Positions 60,052-64,000 of a stretch of 64,000 nucleotides of DNA are shown here, in pieces; positions within the stretch are counted from its first letter, which is position 1; each line of letters starts with the position of its first letter. Source of the stretch: Candidatus Heimdallarchaeota archaeon (GTDB lineage Archaea; Asgardarchaeota; Heimdallarchaeia; Heimdallarchaeales; Heimdallarchaeaceae); assembly GCA_018238545.1 (NCBI GenBank), contig JABCTC010000006.1, positions 32,001-96,000 on the forward strand, read 5' to 3'. The notes beneath the pieces were generated by a model that saw only the letters and a program-made list of their open reading frames with translations, ran no database searches and had not been told where the DNA came from. Both the position numbers and the translations under genes were made by a program.

Positions 60052-60164
60052 CTCACTATAATTAAACAGAGATTAATATATAAACTCATAGAAATATTTG
60101 GGTCTAAACTGTGTTACACTCTTTTTATCGGCAATTTACTGATTTTAGTGTTAATTTTGTTATT

Positions 60165-61280
60165 TCAGAGGTCTATTTTGTAAATAATTTTCTCGCGGAA
60201 ACCTGTAATTACAGCTGTATATCCTCTTAACAACGAATCCAACTCATTATCTCCTGTATCAATTAAAAATGGTCGGCCATTTAGTGAATTGATTTTATGT
60301 TTTGTGGCTAAAACAATTATACTGTCTTTTCCTACAATCCTAATCACATTAGGGCTTAATTGTTGATTACCTCTGCCAAGTAAGAAACCTTGACCCCCAA
60401 TAGGCGTGATAATTATTTTGGTTTTTTTTTCTTTTATTCGTTCAAGCAGCGTTTTTTCATTTAAATCCATTTCAATGAGCTTTTTTCTATAGATGAGATC
60501 CACACCTAACAAGGTATATTCAAGATTCAATTTTTCCATAATTGATTTAGTAGTTGTACCAGGTCCAATGATATACAGATGTTCATCGTCCATATTGTCA
60601 ACAATTTCTTGAGCAATCGCTTCTTGCGAATATTTTTCAGTTGTTGAACTTCCAGTTTTCAATCCTTGAGTGTGCTTTTTCTCAAATGGAATCTTTAGGT
60701 AACCATATAGCTTTGCAGATACAAATCCTGCTCTGAACGCTTCCTCATCAATATCCATAACTTCTGCTTTTCTTAGCTCTTTCACCTTTCCTTGGAGATA
60801 AAGCACAGCAAGATCTCCAGCTCTCATTGGATTGTGGGCATATACAGCTGAATGCATTTTGACACCCGTTGGGATACCCAATACAACAATTTCATCCCCA
60901 ACAGCTTTGTAAATATCTCTCGCTGTTCCATCTCCTCCAGAAAAGAGTAATAAGTCGATTTTAAGATTGCACAATTCTTTTGATGCTCGTTGAGTATCAT
61001 CAGCCGTAGTCTTCCCTTCAGCTATAGATCCAATAACTTTAGGATTGAAACCACATTGTTTAGCAACATTTTCCCCCATCTCTCCAGGATATGTAATTAG
61101 TACAATTTCATCTTTGAGGAAAATTAACCTTTCCAATGCTTTAATGGTGCGTTCTGGTGAAACTTGTTCTGCACCTAAACTTCTTGCTTTAGCTAAGACG
61201 GTTTGTCCGTCAGTTCCTTTAAGCCCTACTCTACCACCCATACCAGCAATAGGGTTTACTATTAAACCTATTTTCTTCAA
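60165..61280 (-). CDS. ATP-NAD/AcoX-like kinase family protein (COG3199-type)
   Basis: [54 protein letters not shown]. Confidence 0.85.
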   Translation of the reverse strand: MKKIGLIVNPIAGMGGRVGLKGTDGQTVLAKARSLGAEQVSPERTIKALERLIFLKDEIVLITYPGEMGENVAKQCGFNPKVIGSIAEGKTTADDTQRASKELCNLKIDLLLFSGGDGTARDIYKAVGDEIVVLGIPTGVKMHSAVYAHNPMRAGDLAVLYLQGKVKELRKAEVMDIDEEAFRAGFVSAKLYGYLKIPFEKKHTQGLKTGSSTTEKYSQEAIAQEIVDNMDDEHLYIIGPGTTTKSIMEKLNLEYTLLGVDLIYRKKLIEMDLNEKTLLERIKEKKTKIIITPIGGQGFLLGRGNQQLSPNVIRIVGKDSIIVLATKHKINSLNGRPFLIDTGDNELDSLLRGYTAVITGFREKIIYKIDL

Positions 61281-61302
61281 ATGAAACCACCTTTGTGCAA
61301 AT

Positions 61303-62853
61303 TTATTTTTGGTTTTTCTTCAAATAAGCTCTCCATGTAATAGCCCATTTTGTAGGATCATCTAATGAATCTGTATCGATTTTGTGTACAACACTTCTAT
61401 GAGGCGCACTCTTAACTAGTTCTGGATTTTCATATGCTTCTTCAACCACTCGCTTTAGTCCAGCAATGTACTCGTCGATTTCAGCTTTTGAATAAGACTC
61501 CGTGGGTTCTAGAGTAAAAGGTTGAGGGACAATAAATGGATGATGACTAGACCACATGTGAAAACCAAAATCAGCCATACGACAAGTAATATCTTCTGTT
61601 GTCACCCCTGTCTCATTGTAAAGCTCTTCCCAACTATAACGAACTTGTTCAATTCGATGCCTCCCCTTTGCATATGGAGCACTAGCACCACGAATCTCTA
61701 ATATTTTCTTTAATAGATAATTATTATTAAGCACAGCAATTTGAGAGACTTCCTTTAAACCTACATTACCTAAACTCATAATCCATGAGTAAGCTTTCAA
61801 AATTGCGGGAACAACTCCATAGAAGGATCTAATCTTGCCTATGGTATTGGAAACACTGTAGTTGAAATAATATTTTTCCTCATCAAATTCGACTAAAGGA
61901 ACAGGGAGATATTTTATGAATTTATCAATTACACCAAGTGCGCCAGTAGCGGGACCACCACAACCATGAGGGGAAGAAAAGGTTTTGTGAAGATTAAAGA
62001 AGCAAAGATCAAAATCAGCTTCTTTTGCTCGTGTAATTCCAAGAATTCCATTGGCATTAGCTTGGTCATAACCACACACACCTCCAGCTTCATGAACAAT
62101 TCGATTAAACTCTTTTATTTTTGGGTTAAAAATCCCCGTATCTTCTGGATTGGTAATTAATAATCCTGCGGTGTGGTTAGAAACAGCTTTTTCTAGAGCT
62201 TCAACATCAGGCAATCCATCTTCATTCGGATAAATATTGATGATTTTATATCCTTTGACAGTAGGTGCTGCTGCATCTGAAGGATGAGAAAACATTGTAG
62301 TAATAATTTCGTCACGTTGTTCTGATACATCATTTGCCTCATGATAAGCAAAAATAATAGATGCCATTGCTAAAATTGCTTGGCCTCCACCGCCTGGTTG
62401 GAATGTAAACTTATCTAGGCCTGAGATTTCTCTGAGGAATAAATCTAGCTTATAGATTATTTCTAGGATACCTTGAACCGTGTCTTCATCTTGTGCTGGG
62501 TGAAGTGCTATTAATTTATGAGATGAAGCTAATTTTTCATTGATTTTTGGACTATATTTCATAGTACAGGTTCCTTGACCAATATCAACGTTAAAATCTG
62601 CTCCCAGAGTTTGCTGAGATAATCTCAGGTAATGCTTGAGAACCCGCATTTGAGATATCTCTGGCAAATTGGGTGGTTTTTGTCTTATCATGCTCGTAGG
62701 TAATTTTGAAAAACCATCTCCAACAATGTCTTCAATCTCTTGTTCAATCTCAGGAAAGAGGATGCCTCGTTCTCCTTTGTTACTTAACTCGTAAATAACT
62801 GGTTCATCCCATTTAGCTTGATGAAAATTCTTTTTTCTTGTTTGGTTGTTCAT
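61303..62853 (-). CDS. gcvPB: Glycine dehydrogenase (decarboxylating) subunit 2-like protein
   Basis: [32 protein letters not shown] with the PLP Lys, EPTES; ATG 62853 overlaps the gcvPA stop (ATGA). Confidence 0.88.
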   Translation of the reverse strand: MNNQTRKKNFHQAKWDEPVIYELSNKGERGILFPEIEQEIEDIVGDGFSKLPTSMIRQKPPNLPEISQMRVLKHYLRLSQQTLGADFNVDIGQGTCTMKYSPKINEKLASSHKLIALHPAQDEDTVQGILEIIYKLDLFLREISGLDKFTFQPGGGGQAILAMASIIFAYHEANDVSEQRDEIITTMFSHPSDAAAPTVKGYKIINIYPNEDGLPDVEALEKAVSNHTAGLLITNPEDTGIFNPKIKEFNRIVHEAGGVCGYDQANANGILGITRAKEADFDLCFFNLHKTFSSPHGCGGPATGALGVIDKFIKYLPVPLVEFDEEKYYFNYSVSNTIGKIRSFYGVVPAILKAYSWIMSLGNVGLKEVSQIAVLNNNYLLKKILEIRGASAPYAKGRHRIEQVRYSWEELYNETGVTTEDITCRMADFGFHMWSSHHPFIVPQPFTLEPTESYSKAEIDEYIAGLKRVVEEAYENPELVKSAPHRSVVHKIDTDSLDDPTKWAITWRAYLKKNQK

Positions 62854-64000
62854 CTTCTTTTCTCTCCTTCGTTTAGACATTCATCCAAAGCTTGGACGAG
62901 TCTGTCAATATCCTCTTTTTTATGAATTTCAGTTACACAATAAACAGCACAATTTCCTAATTCTGAAAATTCAATTGAAATATCTTTACCACCAAAGATT
63001 CTCTTTTTGAGCAGGGCTTTATTCACTTCTTTAACAGTTTTACCTGTTCCATCTAAATTCACAACAAATTCTTTGAAGTGAGATGATTGACTGAATTGAA
63101 TTTTAATTCCTTGAACTTCTGAAAGTTTCTTCATAGCATACTGAGATTTTTGTAAGACTAATTTTCCAAGCTCTTGCATACCTTGGGGACCTGCTAATGC
63201 CAAATAAACACCTGCGGTGATTCCCCAAAGCGCTGTAGCAGTACCTATGAACTCCTTACCTTCAATTCTATCATGAAAAGATGTCCTGTCATATGTTACG
63301 TCACCAAACCCATGTTCCCCTTCAACAGCAGTGGTAGTAATACCAAAAAGCCGTGAGGGGTATTCCATAACATAGCGTTCCTCATCTCTAGTAGCTATAA
63401 AACCTGCAAGACCTCCGCCAAATTGCATATGCATACCCAATGACTGAATATCACCACAAACAATATCCGCTCCATAATTACTCGGTGGAACAAGTATGCC
63501 TAAGGATATCGGGTCTGTTCCAACTAAACTTAATGCACCATGCGAATGTGCAACATCAGAAATTATTTGACCTTGATTTTCAATACATCCTAAGTATGAG
63601 GGATTTTCAAAATAAACACCTGCTGTCTTTGATGAGATTTTAGTTTTTAAATCATCAATATCTAGATTTCCAGTTGTTGTATTGTATTCAACTAGTTTTA
63701 TAGTAACTGTAGGTTTACAATAGTTTTGAATAATTGATAATCTGTCTGGTGAAATGGTTTTGGAGATTAGTATCTCAGTTCGCCCAGTTATTCGAGCAGC
63801 CATTCTTATAGAAGTACTTGCTGCTTGCCCCCAGTCATATGTTGGAACATTTACAACATCCATCTCCAGAAGCTCCCCCATCATACTAGCATATTCGAAA
63901 AGTGTCTGAAACCTTCCATGATCTTCATAGGGTTCCCCAGCATATGCTGTTAGAAATTCCGAACGTTGGTTGATTTCATCGCATATTGCGGGCACATAAT
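62850..64000 (-). CDS. gcvPA: Glycine dehydrogenase (decarboxylating) subunit 1-like protein, 5' end beyond the window
   Basis: RSEFLTAY, ENPSYLG, YGADIVCGDIQSLG, CVTE; frame stays open to the window edge. Confidence 0.85.
   Translation of the reverse strand, partial: YVPAICDEINQRSEFLTAYAGEPYEDHGRFQTLFEYASMMGELLEMDVVNVPTYDWGQAASTSIRMAARITGRTEILISKTISPDRLSIIQNYCKPTVTIKLVEYNTTTGNLDIDDLKTKISSKTAGVYFENPSYLGCIENQGQIISDVAHSHGALSLVGTDPISLGILVPPSNYGADIVCGDIQSLGMHMQFGGGLAGFIATRDEERYVMEYPSRLFGITTTAVEGEHGFGDVTYDRTSFHDRIEGKEFIGTATALWGITAGVYLALAGPQGMQELGKLVLQKSQYAMKKLSEVQGIKIQFSQSSHFKEFVVNLDGTGKTVKEVNKALLKKRIFGGKDISIEFSELGNCAVYCVTEIHKKEDIDRLVQALDECLNEGEKRR

Overview
AT-rich archaeal chromosomal segment made mostly of core genes. 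The lineage is inferred to be Asgard, most likely Heimdallarchaeia-like, from unsplit rpoB with split rpoA1/rpoA2, a multi-OB RPA, PAC2- and PAC4-like chaperones, bacterial-type FolD/GlyA, a divergent TFB paralogue and large acidic surface proteins. It contains six tRNA genes (Thr-GGT, Glu-CTC, Leu-GAG, intron-containing Arg-CCG, Ala-CGC, Leu-CAG, all with encoded CCA). It also has fragmented RNA polymerase and ribosomal protein operons, replication genes (RPA, RFC-S, Cdc6/Orc1), a Tad/type IV pilus-like ATPase with two platform genes, and central and one-carbon metabolism genes (ADP-dependent sugar kinase, PPDK, FolD, GlyA, GcvPA/PB-like). I saw no rRNA, CRISPR array, transposase or integrase. 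The most interesting signals are mostly below the ORF-track cutoff: (1) a 23-aa acidic Pro/Gly-rich peptide gene with its own RBS and T-tract just upstream of a TPR-like gene split by one in-frame TAG, a candidate peptide-receptor signalling module; (2) a 36-aa single-TM microprotein resembling eukaryotic OST4; (3) a short Flp-like pilin with a class III signal peptide near the Tad-like locus; (4) a tRNA-Arg(CCG) intron whose splice helix fits a U34 anticodon; (5) rpoA1 and rpoA2 separated only by an in-frame TAA; (6) an RHH-nucleotidyltransferase fusion divergent from a degenerate HisC-like protein; (7) a non-canonical GcvPA/PB plus kinase cluster. All functional calls come from motif recognition by eye; no searches were run.
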